DNA from: an uncultured delta proteobacterium
GTDB lineage: Bacteria > Myxococcota_A > Polyangia > Fen-1088
Length of the DNA stretch: 64,000 nucleotides
Reading direction: 5' to 3'
Assembly (NCBI GenBank): GCA_963796685.1
Contig: CAWCMR010000009.1
Location: forward strand, 360,924-424,923
Shown here: positions 9,527-18,654 of the stretch, piece after piece
Numbering within the stretch: position 1 is the stretch's first letter
Layout of the letters: each line of letters begins with the position of its first letter
Program-made: the position numbers and the translations under genes
The notes under the pieces: model-generated
What the model saw: only the letters and a program-made list of their open reading frames with translations
Told to the model about the DNA's origin: nothing
The model's database searches: none

Positions 9527-10573
9527 ATGGAAATGCTCTGGTTCTGGCTCGTCAGTGTCATGGTGGCCATCTACTCCGTGATGGATGGTTTCGATTTCGG
9601 CGCCGGCATCCTGCACCACTTCGTGGCACGCACCGACGGCGAGCGCCGCCAGGTGCTGGGCGCCATCGGTCCGCTGTGGGACGGCAACGAGGTCTGGCTG
9701 CTCGCGGGTGGCGGCAGTCTCCTCCTCGCCTTCCCCGCCGTGCTCGCCGCGGGCTTCTCGGGCTTCTACCTGGCCATGTTCATGGTGGTGTGGACGCTCA
9801 TGCTGCGCGGGATTGCCATCGAGTTCCGCAGCCACGTGAAAAGCGGCATGTGGCGCGCGTTTTGGGACTTCGTCTTCAGCTTCGCCAGCACGCTGCTGCC
9901 CGTGCTGCTCGGCGCGGCCCTGGGCAATGTGGTGCGCGGGGTGCCGCTCGACAACACCGGCTACTTCAACATTCCGCTCTTCACTCACTTCGCCACCCAC
10001 AATCCCGTGGGCATCCTCGACTGGTACACCGTGCTCATGGGCGTGTTCGTGCTGGTGACCCTGGCCAACCACGGCGCCCTGTTCTTGGCCTGGAAGACCG
10101 ACGGTCCCGTGCACGAGCGCGCGCGCAGGCTGGCCCTGCCCCTGTCGGTGCTGACCGCGGTGCTGGGCGGCCTCGCCACCCTTTCTACCGCGCAGGTCAA
10201 CCCCGACATCTACGCCAACCTGCCGCACGCGCCTTTGGCCTGGATCGGACTCTTCCTCTTCGTGCTTGGACTGGCCACCGCATTCACGGGCCAGTTGCGC
10301 GGGCGATTCCTCGTCGCCTTCCTGGGTAGCGCCGCCTTCGTCGTCGGCCTGCTCGTGGCCACCGCGGCGTGCGTGTTCCCGGTCATGCTCAAGTCCACCC
10401 TCGATCCTGCCTGGAGCCTCACCGCCTACAACGCCTCTGCCGGCCACCACGGCCTGGTCACGGGAACCAAGTGGTGGTTCCTCGGCTTCCCCATCGTCGT
10501 CGCCTACTTCGTCTTCCTGTTCCGCCTCCACCGCGGCAAGGTCAAGGCGCAGGCGGACGGTCAGGGCTACTGA
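9527..10573 (+). CDS. cydB: Cytochrome bd ubiquinol oxidase subunit II
   Basis: MDGFDFGAG, IGPLWDGNEVWL, LRGIAIEFR; starts 2 nt after cydA. Confidence 0.96.
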   Translation: MEMLWFWLVSVMVAIYSVMDGFDFGAGILHHFVARTDGERRQVLGAIGPLWDGNEVWLLAGGGSLLLAFPAVLAAGFSGFYLAMFMVVWTLMLRGIAIEFRSHVKSGMWRAFWDFVFSFASTLLPVLLGAALGNVVRGVPLDNTGYFNIPLFTHFATHNPVGILDWYTVLMGVFVLVTLANHGALFLAWKTDGPVHERARRLALPLSVLTAVLGGLATLSTAQVNPDIYANLPHAPLAWIGLFLFVLGLATAFTGQLRGRFLVAFLGSAAFVVGLLVATAACVFPVMLKSTLDPAWSLTAYNASAGHHGLVTGTKWWFLGFPIVVAYFVFLFRLHRGKVKAQADGQGY

Positions 10574-10788
10574 GGTCCCCTATGTGCCGCAAAGACTCGG
10601 TACGAAGTACGTCCTATCTTCCAACCCCGCGCCGCACTCCTCGGCGAAGCCACCTGGGGCAGGTTTGGGCGGGCAAGCTCTAGCTAGTGCGCTTGTGCGC
10701 GGAGCCGGCGAACGATGCTCCAGCGGTGGCGGCGGCCAACAAGCGGTCCAGGAGCGGCTCTCTCTCTCTCTCCGATGGTCTCGTCGGT

Positions 10789-10812
10789 GGCGACGGTGAG
10801 CTCACCGTCGCC
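10789..10812. repeat. Perfect 24-bp palindrome GGCGACGGTGAGCTCACCGTCGCC, next to a (CT)7 tract at 10758-10772
   Basis: Read directly from the sequence. Confidence 0.9.
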
Positions 10813-10921
10813 GAGCGCGGTGACGAGGGTGATGCCCCCGCGCAGTGCTCGCATTTCGCCGAACACACACAGCAGCCGGGACTATTGCAGCCGGTTCCGA
10901 GGCACTTCATGGTTTATGGGC

Positions 10922-10966
10922 AAGTTACCAAAGTTAGTAAGTTTTGATAACTTGGATAACCTTGAT
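10922..10966 (+). promoter_or_regulatory. AT-rich array of five degenerate 9-bp units just upstream of the ATPase start
   Basis: AAGTTACCA/AAGTTAGTA/AGTTTTGAT/AACTTGGAT/AACCTTGAT; regulatory role is inferred. Confidence 0.5.
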
Positions 10967-10977
10967 ATAAAGCGAGC

Positions 10978-12168
10978 ATGGATGCAGTTCAGAACCCGTA
11001 TTCACCAGGCGCGGGAACTCAACCGCCCGCCCTGGTGGGCCGCGATGATTTGCTCGAAAATGCGCGTGTCGCGCTCGAGAGAATCCGCGATGGCAGACCG
11101 GCGAAAAGCATCCTCATGGTCGGGTTGCGAGGAGTCGGCAAGACGGTCCTACTCGACCGAATGAGGGATAACGCAGAAGCATCCGGTATCGTGACCCTGC
11201 GAATGGAAGCTCCGGAAAGCCGGTCGTTGCCGGCCATACTTGCTCCTGAGTTGCGCGCGGCCCTTCTGCGGCTTTCGCGAATTGGCCGGGCCAAGTCGCT
11301 TGCCCAGCGAGCCCTCAAGGGACTGGCCGGTTTCGCGAAGGCCCTCAAGGTGAAATACGCCGACATCGAAGTGGGCCTCGACTTGGCCCCTGAGCCCGGA
11401 TTGGCCGACAACGGGGATCTCGAACATGACCTGATGGCGCTCCTTGAAGCCACCGGACAGGCCGCGAAGAAGGCCGGCACCGCTGTGGCGGTATTCCTCG
11501 ACGAATTGCAGTACGTCAAGGAGGATGAGCTCGCCGCGCTCATCACGGCGTTGCATCGGGTGGCGCAGCGCCAAATTCCGGTATCACTGGTCGGCGCTGG
11601 GCTTCCCCAGCTACGCGGCAGGATGGGGAGCGCCAAGTCCTACGCCGAGCGCATGTTTGATTTTCCGGAGGTCGGTCCCCTCACCAGCGCTGCTGCCAAG
11701 GATGCGATTTCAAGGCCCGCGGAAGAGCAGGGTGTTCTCTTCCAGGCAAATGCCCTGGAAAGGATTGTGGAAGTGACCCAAGGGTATCCCTACTTTCTAC
11801 AAGAGTGGGGCAAGCACACCTGGGAGATTGCGCGGAAGTCACCCATTACAATTCACGACGTCGACAGCTCCTCGGAGATCGCCATTGCCGCGCTGGATGC
11901 GAGCTTCTTCCGGGTTCGGTTCGATCGCCTGACTCCGCTCGAAAAACGCTACGTCCGCGCGATGGCGGATCTTGGCGCGGGCCCCCACCGTTCGGGTGAA
12001 ATCGCCGCGAAGCTGCAACGCAAGGTGACGGCCTTGGCGCCTACTCGAAGCCAACTCATCCTCAAAGGGATGATCTGGAGCCCGAATCACGGCGACACCG
12101 CGTTTACCGTCCCCATGTTCGACGAATTCATGCGCAGGATCATGCCGGGCAAGGACTGGCTGGAGTAG
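10978..12168 (+). CDS. AAA-type (STAND-like/AAA_16) ATPase with C-terminal winged helix
   Basis: NPYSPGAG..LVGR; Walker A GLRGVGKT; Walker B VFLDELQ; TQGYPYFLQ; C-terminal RSGEIAAKL..RSQLILKGMIW. Confidence 0.88.
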   Translation: MDAVQNPYSPGAGTQPPALVGRDDLLENARVALERIRDGRPAKSILMVGLRGVGKTVLLDRMRDNAEASGIVTLRMEAPESRSLPAILAPELRAALLRLSRIGRAKSLAQRALKGLAGFAKALKVKYADIEVGLDLAPEPGLADNGDLEHDLMALLEATGQAAKKAGTAVAVFLDELQYVKEDELAALITALHRVAQRQIPVSLVGAGLPQLRGRMGSAKSYAERMFDFPEVGPLTSAAAKDAISRPAEEQGVLFQANALERIVEVTQGYPYFLQEWGKHTWEIARKSPITIHDVDSSSEIAIAALDASFFRVRFDRLTPLEKRYVRAMADLGAGPHRSGEIAAKLQRKVTALAPTRSQLILKGMIWSPNHGDTAFTVPMFDEFMRRIMPGKDWLE

Positions 12169-12249
12169 AGCCAAGCAAGTCGCCTCGCGGGGGCAGGTGT
12201 ATCCAGGTTGGCAGGCTGGATCCTTGTCCTGCTCTTCCTGCTTGGGCCA

Positions 12250-12427
12250 GAACGTCCACCTGGTGCAACGCCTCGATGGCAATCGGCAGCTTGAACACGC
12301 TCTGTATGGGAAACGGCTGGTTCCGGTTCAGACCAAGGGTCCGCCCCGTCGCCAGCTCCACCGCCGCGAACCCGACCGTCCCGCGAGCAGCATGGCGAGG
12401 AAGAACGTCATGGCAGGAGGCTAGCAC
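12250..12427 (-). pseudogene. N-terminal remnant of a class A beta-lactamase/serine hydrolase
   Basis: GTVGFAAVELATGRTLGLNRNQPFPIQSVFKLPIAIEALHQVD with the SxxK motif (SVFK); similarity stops abruptly, with no SDN or KTG. Confidence 0.7.
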
Positions 12428-12587
12428 TGAAGGCGTTTTGCGGCGCGTACGAAGCCGCCCCTGGGCGGCACGATCGAATGCACGCGAAAGACCCTTTCCA
12501 ATCGCAACGGTCTGTAGACCGTGAGCCGGATCGCACTACTGAGGTCGTCTCCTCACGGTCCGCGATTCCGGCTATCATCGCTTGCCC

Positions 12588-15500
12588 ATGCAATCGGTCG
12601 ATCTCCACCTGGCCTCCTTCCCGGAGCACAATCCGAATCCGGTCGTCGAAGTCGACGCGGCAGGCGGCGGCGTGTGCTACGCCAATCCCGCCGCTTTGGC
12701 GCTGTTTCCCGACCTCATGGCAAAAGGCCCCGCACACCCCTGGCTCGCGGACTGGCCGACGGCCGTTCTCTCGATCGAGAAGGCCCCAAGCGGGAACACC
12801 ATCCACCGCGCCATCGTCGTAGGCAAGCGCACCTATCACCAAACCCTGCACCTGATGCCCAGGGAGAGGGTCGTTCGCATCTACGGCCTCGACATCACCG
12901 AGCAGGTGCAGACCGAGGCGGCGGTGCGCGAAGCACACGCCAGAACGTCCACCATCCTGGAGAGCATCGCCGACGCCTTCTATTCGCTCGACAACGAGTG
13001 GCGCTTCATGGCGGTGAATCCCGCGGCAGAGCGCGCCCCCTTCGGGCGTCCCGCAAGCGAGCTTCTGGGCAAGGTGATTTGGGATGTGTTCCCCGGGCTG
13101 CCGGGAACGCGCATCCACCAGCACTACCTGGACGCCGTCGCCAAGCGTAGCCGGGAGCACTACGAGGCGCCCTCGCCGCTCGATGGCCGCTGGTACGAGG
13201 TGTTCATGTTTCCGCGCACCGGGGGCCTGGACGTGTATCTGCGCGACATCGACGACCGCAAGAAGGCGGAGGCCGCGCTCAAGGCGAGCGAGGAGAGCTT
13301 GCGACTCTTTATCGACCATGCCCCGGCCTCGCTGGCCATGTTCGACCGCGACATGCGCTACCTGAGCGTCAGCCGCCGTTGGCTGGCCGACTACCGACTG
13401 GGCGACCGGGATGTGCGGGGCTTGTCGCACTACGAGGTCTTTCCCGAGATCGGCGAGGCCTGGAGGAAGGTCCACCGCCGCGCCCTGGCCGGTGAGGTGG
13501 TGCGATCCGGGTGCGAGCGCTTCCCACGCGCCGATGGCAGCGTGCAGTGGGTACGCTGGGAAGCCCGTCCCTGGCACGAGCCCTCGGGCGGCATCGGCGG
13601 CATCGTCATTTTCACCGAGGACATCACCGAGGCCACGCTGGCCGCCGAGGCGCTACGGCGCTACGAGCTCTTGGCGAGGCAAAGCCGCGACATCGTGCTC
13701 TTCGTGCGACGCACGGACGGCCGCATTCTCGAGGCCAACGCTGCGGCCGTGGACGCCTACGGCTACAGCCGCGAGGAGCTCCTTTCGCTCTCCGTCCACA
13801 AGCTACGCGCCCTCAACACCACCCCCCTGACCGAGGGGCAGATGGCCATCGCCGACGAGCGCGGGATCCTCTTCGAGACCGCCCACCAAAACAAAGACGG
13901 CCGGACCTTCCCCGTCGAAGTCAGCTCGCGAGGCGCACTGGTCGACGGTGAGCACACGCTGGTGAGCGTGGTGCGCGACGTCAGCGAGCGCAAACGGCTG
14001 GAACGGCTCTACGCGGTCTTGAGCCGGGTCAACGAGGCCATCGTGCGAACGCGCGACGAAAAGACTTTGTACGGCGAGATCTGCCGGATCGCGACCGAGA
14101 CCGGTGATTTTCCCCTGGCCTGGATTGGGCTCGTCGAGGGGCACGCCGTCATCCCCGTGGCTTCGGCCGGCACGGAGATCGCCTATCTGCGCGAGATCCG
14201 CGTCGAGCTCGAGGGTGACTTGGGCGCGGGGCCGACCGGGACCTGCGTGCGTGAAGATCGGCCGGTGGTGAACGACGACTTCTCCACCAACCCCAGCACG
14301 TCGCCCTGGCGCGCCCCCGCGCTTGGCCACGGGTTCCGCGCCTCCGCCGCTTTTCCCTTGCATAGGCACGCACAGGTCATCGGCGCGCTCACGCTCTATG
14401 CGGGGCGACCCGGCGTCTTCGATTCGGCGGAGAGGGGGCTCATCGAAGCACTGTGCGCGGATATTTCCTACGCCATCGCCGCGCAGGAGCACGAGCGGGA
14501 GCGGACGCAAGCCGAGGAAGCCCTGCGGACCGCCAACGCGCGCCTGCTTGCGGCCGACCAGCACAAGAACGAGTTTCTCGCCGTGTTGTCGCACGAGTTG
14601 CGCAACCCGCTCGCGCCCATCCGCAACAGTCTTTTCCTGCTCGATCGGGCTGCTCCGGACAGCGAACAGGCGAGGCGCGCCCGCGAAATCATCGGGCGAC
14701 AGGTCGATCAGATGTCGCGACTGGTGGACGACCTGCTCGACGTCACGCGCATCTCGCATCGCAAGATCCAGCTCCAGCGTGCTCCGCTCGATCTGAATGA
14801 CGTTGTCCGCAGCACGGTGGAGGACCACCGCTCCTTGCTCGACGGCAAGGGAATCGCCCTCGAGACAAGCCTTGCGCCCGAGGAGCTGCCCATCGAGGGA
14901 GACCGGGCTCGCCTTGCCCAAATCGTGGGGAACCTTCTTCACAATGCGGCCAAGTACACACCGGCGGGCCAACTTGTCCGAGTCGAGACCAAGGCCATCC
15001 CCGCGCGGAGCCGGGTCGGTATCCGGATCGTGGATACCGGCGTGGGCATCGAGCCCACCGTGCTAGCTCGGTTGTTTGAACCCTTCATGCAGGCCGGCGC
15101 GACCTTGGATCGCAGCCAGGGCGGCCTGGGACTTGGGCTGGCACTGGTGAAGGGCCTGGTCGAGTTGCACGGCGGGGAAGTCTGCGCCCACAGCGATGGT
15201 TTCGGAAAGGGGGCGGAGCTCATCGTCGAGCTACCGCTCGGCCAAGCCAAGAATGACAAGATCAGCGTCAAAACCGGGGCCCTGGCAGGCCGCCGACGAC
15301 GAGTTCTAATTATCGAGGACAACCTCGATGCAGCCCAAAGCCTGTGCGAAGTGCTCGAATTCGGCGACCACCTCGTCGAGGTCGCCCACGACGGCGGCGA
15401 GGGCCTGGCCAAAGCCCGTCAGTTCAGGCCGGAGGTCGTGTTTTGCGATATCGGGTTGCCTGGCATGGACGGCTACGGCGTCGCGCGAGCGTTTCGCAAC

Positions 15501-15662
15501 GACGACGCGCTGAAGCGCGCCTTTCTCGTGGCCCTGAGCGGCTACGCCCTGCCCGAAGACCTGAAGCGCGCGTGGGAGGCCGGTTTCGATAGACACGTCG
15601 CCAAGCCCCCGAGTCTGGAGATGATCGAGGAGCTTCTCCAAGTGGGCGGCGTTACCAAATAG
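12588..15662 (+). CDS. Multi-PAS/GAF hybrid sensor histidine kinase with C-terminal receiver
   Basis: Several PAS repeats, GAF (FRASAAFPL), H-box LSHELRNPL, NLLHNAAKY, DTGVGI, GGLGLGL, REC CDIGLPGMDG. Confidence 0.93.
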   Translation: MQSVDLHLASFPEHNPNPVVEVDAAGGGVCYANPAALALFPDLMAKGPAHPWLADWPTAVLSIEKAPSGNTIHRAIVVGKRTYHQTLHLMPRERVVRIYGLDITEQVQTEAAVREAHARTSTILESIADAFYSLDNEWRFMAVNPAAERAPFGRPASELLGKVIWDVFPGLPGTRIHQHYLDAVAKRSREHYEAPSPLDGRWYEVFMFPRTGGLDVYLRDIDDRKKAEAALKASEESLRLFIDHAPASLAMFDRDMRYLSVSRRWLADYRLGDRDVRGLSHYEVFPEIGEAWRKVHRRALAGEVVRSGCERFPRADGSVQWVRWEARPWHEPSGGIGGIVIFTEDITEATLAAEALRRYELLARQSRDIVLFVRRTDGRILEANAAAVDAYGYSREELLSLSVHKLRALNTTPLTEGQMAIADERGILFETAHQNKDGRTFPVEVSSRGALVDGEHTLVSVVRDVSERKRLERLYAVLSRVNEAIVRTRDEKTLYGEICRIATETGDFPLAWIGLVEGHAVIPVASAGTEIAYLREIRVELEGDLGAGPTGTCVREDRPVVNDDFSTNPSTSPWRAPALGHGFRASAAFPLHRHAQVIGALTLYAGRPGVFDSAERGLIEALCADISYAIAAQEHERERTQAEEALRTANARLLAADQHKNEFLAVLSHELRNPLAPIRNSLFLLDRAAPDSEQARRAREIIGRQVDQMSRLVDDLLDVTRISHRKIQLQRAPLDLNDVVRSTVEDHRSLLDGKGIALETSLAPEELPIEGDRARLAQIVGNLLHNAAKYTPAGQLVRVETKAIPARSRVGIRIVDTGVGIEPTVLARLFEPFMQAGATLDRSQGGLGLGLALVKGLVELHGGEVCAHSDGFGKGAELIVELPLGQAKNDKISVKTGALAGRRRRVLIIEDNLDAAQSLCEVLEFGDHLVEVAHDGGEGLAKARQFRPEVVFCDIGLPGMDGYGVARAFRNDDALKRAFLVALSGYALPEDLKRAWEAGFDRHVAKPPSLEMIEELLQVGGVTK

Positions 15663-15687
15663 GGCTGGGAGTTCCGAAATGGTAACC
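15651..15687. promoter_or_regulatory. Candidate enhancer (UAS) for a sigma54 activator
   Basis: GTTACCAAAT (15651) and GTTCCGAAAT-GGTAAC (15671-15686): repeated and inverted GTTACC half-sites about 60-100 bp upstream of a -24/-12 promoter. Confidence 0.45.
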
Positions 15688-15748
15688 TGAAACCGCGACT
15701 TGCTACGGCGCCTGTCGAGCCTGGGCGAAAGCGCGCGCGGTGCGATGC

Positions 15749-15765
15749 TTGGCCCGCGTCCTGCA
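15749..15765 (+). promoter_or_regulatory. Sigma54 (-24/-12) promoter
   Basis: TTGGCCCGCGTCCTGCA, GG-N10-GC spacing, upstream of ORF 15821. Confidence 0.6.
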
Positions 15766-15820
15766 ACCGAGATGCCCTGTAGGGAATCATAAGTCCATTG
15801 ACTACGATAGGAGCAGGACC

Positions 15821-16009
15821 ATGAACCACATCATTCAAGGGCGAACGTACAGTGTCGCAGAGCTCGTAGCCGCGGCCTACAAGGCGGCCACGCAGGTCAC
15901 ACGCAATCGCATGCTCGCTGCGATGATCGTCAGCAAGATCCTCGAAAGCTGGCTGATGCAATCAGACCGTCAAGATCTCGTGCGGAAGCTCCAATCCGTT
16001 TCCACCTAG
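15821..16009 (+). CDS. Small helical hypothetical protein (62 aa)
   Basis: AGGAG RBS; MNHIIQGRTYSVAELVAAAYKAATQVTRNRMLAAMIVSKILESWL; own sigma54-like promoter. Confidence 0.7.
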   Translation: MNHIIQGRTYSVAELVAAAYKAATQVTRNRMLAAMIVSKILESWLMQSDRQDLVRKLQSVST

Positions 16010-16038
16010 AGTCGCGCTCTCGCCTCGTGATCTCCACT

Positions 16039-17157
16039 TCAAATCGTCGGAAGCCCGGCCCGAGCCAAGATCTCTTCCAGTTGCTCCATGCTCGGCGGCT
16101 TGGGCATATGGTCGTGAAAGCCGGCCGCCACGGCACGACGCCGTTCATCGGGCTGGGCGTAGCCGGTCATGGCCACCAGCACGACGTTGCGCAACTGTGC
16201 GTCTCCGCGTAGGGCGCGCGCCACGGCGTATCCATCCATCACCGGCAAGCCGATGTCGCAGAAGACGATTTCGGGTTGAAACTCGCGCGCGAGAGCCAAA
16301 CCGGCGTGGCCGTCCTTGGCCGTCTGGACCACGTGGCCAAATGACACCAATGCCGCTTGAAGGCTCTCCGCTGCGTCCAAGTTGTCCTCGATGACCAGCA
16401 CGCGTCGACGCGCACGCGGTGGCGGCACGGGCCGAGCGGCGCTCTCGCCATCCACGTTGCCAAGCGGAAGGTCGACGGTAAACGTGGCCCCGCGCCCTGG
16501 GCCGTCGCTCTCGACCTGAGCGCTTCCCCCGTGCAGCTCCACCAGTCCCCTGACAACGGCAAGCCCTAGCCCCAGGCCACCCTGGGTACGGGCCAGTGAC
16601 GCATTGCCCTGAACAAAGGGCTCGAATACGTGCGGCAGCAGGTCGGGCTCGATGCCGATCCCGGTGTCGCGGACGCTGATGCGACAGCAACCCGCGTTCG
16701 GACCTCGCTGCACGGCCACGGTCACGCCACCGCCAGCCGGAGTGAATTTGGCCGCGTTGTGCAAAAGATTGCCCAGGGTCTGAGCCACGCGCGTCGGATC
16801 GGCAAGGCCCAGGATTGGCTCCTCCGGCGCTTCGACCGTGAGATGGAGGGCATTGCCGTCGAAGAGCGCCCGGTTGTCCTCGACCGAGGTGCGTACCAAT
16901 GTGCATAAATCGGTGATCGAGCGATGCAGCACCAGCTTGTCGCGGACGATGCGGGCCGCGTCGAGCAGGTCGTTGGCCAGGGACGTGAGCTGGTCGATCT
17001 GTCTGTCCATGATGGCCATCATGCGCATGGCCTGCACACCGCCCGGCTCGGCCCGTTGCAGGACGAACAGACTCGAGCGAAGGGACGCAAGCGGGTTGCG
17101 CAGCTCGTGCGAGAGAGTGGCTAGTAACTCCTCGATGCGAGGATTGCCGCGATCCAT
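16039..17157 (-). CDS. Sensor-less hybrid histidine kinase (HisKA-HATPase-REC)
   Basis: H-box LSHELRNPL about 15 aa from the start; NLLHNAAKF; DTGIGI; GGLGLGL; REC CDIGLPVMDG. Confidence 0.9.
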   Translation of the reverse strand: MDRGNPRIEELLATLSHELRNPLASLRSSLFVLQRAEPGGVQAMRMMAIMDRQIDQLTSLANDLLDAARIVRDKLVLHRSITDLCTLVRTSVEDNRALFDGNALHLTVEAPEEPILGLADPTRVAQTLGNLLHNAAKFTPAGGGVTVAVQRGPNAGCCRISVRDTGIGIEPDLLPHVFEPFVQGNASLARTQGGLGLGLAVVRGLVELHGGSAQVESDGPGRGATFTVDLPLGNVDGESAARPVPPPRARRRVLVIEDNLDAAESLQAALVSFGHVVQTAKDGHAGLALAREFQPEIVFCDIGLPVMDGYAVARALRGDAQLRNVVLVAMTGYAQPDERRRAVAAGFHDHMPKPPSMEQLEEILARAGLPTI

Positions 17158-17179
17158 GGATACCCGGGGAACTGAACAT

Positions 17180-17196
17180 TGCAAAGTCGGCGCCAA
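17180..17196 (-). promoter_or_regulatory. Sigma54 (-24/-12) promoter for the 17157 kinase
   Basis: Minus strand reads TTGGCGCCGACTTTGCA, near-consensus TGGCRC-N5-TTGCW. Confidence 0.7.
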
Positions 17197-17307
17197 GTAC
17201 GGAACACGGCACCCACACCTGGTGAATATCCTTGATTTCCCCCTAACGCGCCCCCAACATCGGCGTCGTTCGTTCGGCACGAGCCGTTAGACGAGGACCA
17301 TCGCGGA

Positions 17308-18654
17308 ATGCTCGACATACTCCTGGTTGACGACGAGCCCGAGATTCGCCTGCCTCTCGGCGAGGCGCTACGCGAGATCGGGCATCGCGTGGCCTTGGCC
17401 GCGGACGGGGACGAGGCCATGCGCTGCCTGGAGCGCCAAACCTTCAACTTGGTTGTCAGTGATGTCCGCCTGCCCAAGGGCGACGGCTTCACCATCCTGC
17501 GCAAGGTGCGCGACCAGCAACCCAACACCGACGTCATCTTGATGACCGCCTACGGAACCATCCAGGAGGCGGTCACCGCGGTCAGGGAAACCGCCATCGA
17601 ATACCTGACCAAGCCCTTCGAGCTGCCGGAAGTCCTGGCCATGGTCGGGCGCATCGACGAACGCTGGCGCCTCATGCGCGACCTGGCCGCCGCACGCGCC
17701 GAGTTGGCCTCTCGCCAAACCGGCCGCATGATCGAAGGCAGCTCGCCCGCCATCGTGCAACTGCGGGAGCGCATCGCCGCCATCGCGACCAGCTCCGCCG
17801 CCGTGCTGCTGACCGGGGAGAGCGGCACGGGCAAGGAGCTTGCCGCGCGCATGATCCACGCGGCGAGCGATCGGCGGGATGCCGCCTTCGTCGCGGTGAA
17901 CTGCGCCGCCGTTCCCGCGGCCCTGATGGAAGCCGAGCTCTTCGGCCACGAGCGCGGGGCCTTCACCGGAGCGGTCAAGCGGCGCGACGGGCGCTTCAAG
18001 GCGGCCGATGGCGGCACCTTGTTCCTCGACGAAATCGGCGAAATGCCGCTCGACGTGCAGGCCAAGCTTTTGCGCGTGCTGCAAGAAGGATCCTTCGAGC
18101 CCATCGGCTCCAACACCTCGGTCAAGGTGGATGTGCGCCTCGTCTCCGCCAGCAATCGTGAGCTCAAGGGTCTGGCCGGCGAAGGCGCCTTTCGTCAAGA
18201 TCTCTACTACCGAATCAAGGTCTTCGATCTGCATCTGCCGCCCCTGCGCGAGCGACTTTCCGACCTGCCCATCCTGGTCGAGCAATTCCTGCGCGAGTTC
18301 ACCGCCGCGGGCGAGACGCCACCCAGCCTGGCCCCCGCGGCCTGGGCGGCGCTACAGGGCTACAACTATCCCGGCAACGTGCGAGAGCTCCGCCACGCCA
18401 TTCAGCACGCCACCATCCTGGCGCGCGGCCAGGAGATCAGGGTCCATCATCTGCCGTCCGAGTTTCGCGGTGGCACCAGCGTCCTTGCGAGCGAGCGGGT
18501 CGAGCCGCTCGCCGCGGTCATGGCCCAGTTCGAGCGCGACTATATCGCGCGAACCTTGGACTTGGCCGGCGGCGAGCGCCGCAAGGCTGCCGAGATGCTG
18601 GGGATCTCCCGAAAGAATCTCTGGGAGAAGATGAGCAAGCACGGCCTGGGCTAG
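17308..18654 (+). CDS. NtrC-family sigma54-dependent response regulator (REC-AAA-HTH)
   Basis: GESGTGKE, ELFGHERGAFTGA, FLDEIGE, YPGNVREL, Fis HTH AAEMLGISRKNLW. Confidence 0.96.
   Translation: MLDILLVDDEPEIRLPLGEALREIGHRVALAADGDEAMRCLERQTFNLVVSDVRLPKGDGFTILRKVRDQQPNTDVILMTAYGTIQEAVTAVRETAIEYLTKPFELPEVLAMVGRIDERWRLMRDLAAARAELASRQTGRMIEGSSPAIVQLRERIAAIATSSAAVLLTGESGTGKELAARMIHAASDRRDAAFVAVNCAAVPAALMEAELFGHERGAFTGAVKRRDGRFKAADGGTLFLDEIGEMPLDVQAKLLRVLQEGSFEPIGSNTSVKVDVRLVSASNRELKGLAGEGAFRQDLYYRIKVFDLHLPPLRERLSDLPILVEQFLREFTAAGETPPSLAPAAWAALQGYNYPGNVRELRHAIQHATILARGQEIRVHHLPSEFRGGTSVLASERVEPLAAVMAQFERDYIARTLDLAGGERRKAAEMLGISRKNLWEKMSKHGLG

Noticed and set aside
12470-12580. Possible c-di-GMP-I (GEMM) riboswitch
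   Set aside because: Lacks the GNRA-capped P2 stem and tetraloop receptor; kept only as an unassigned structured leader.
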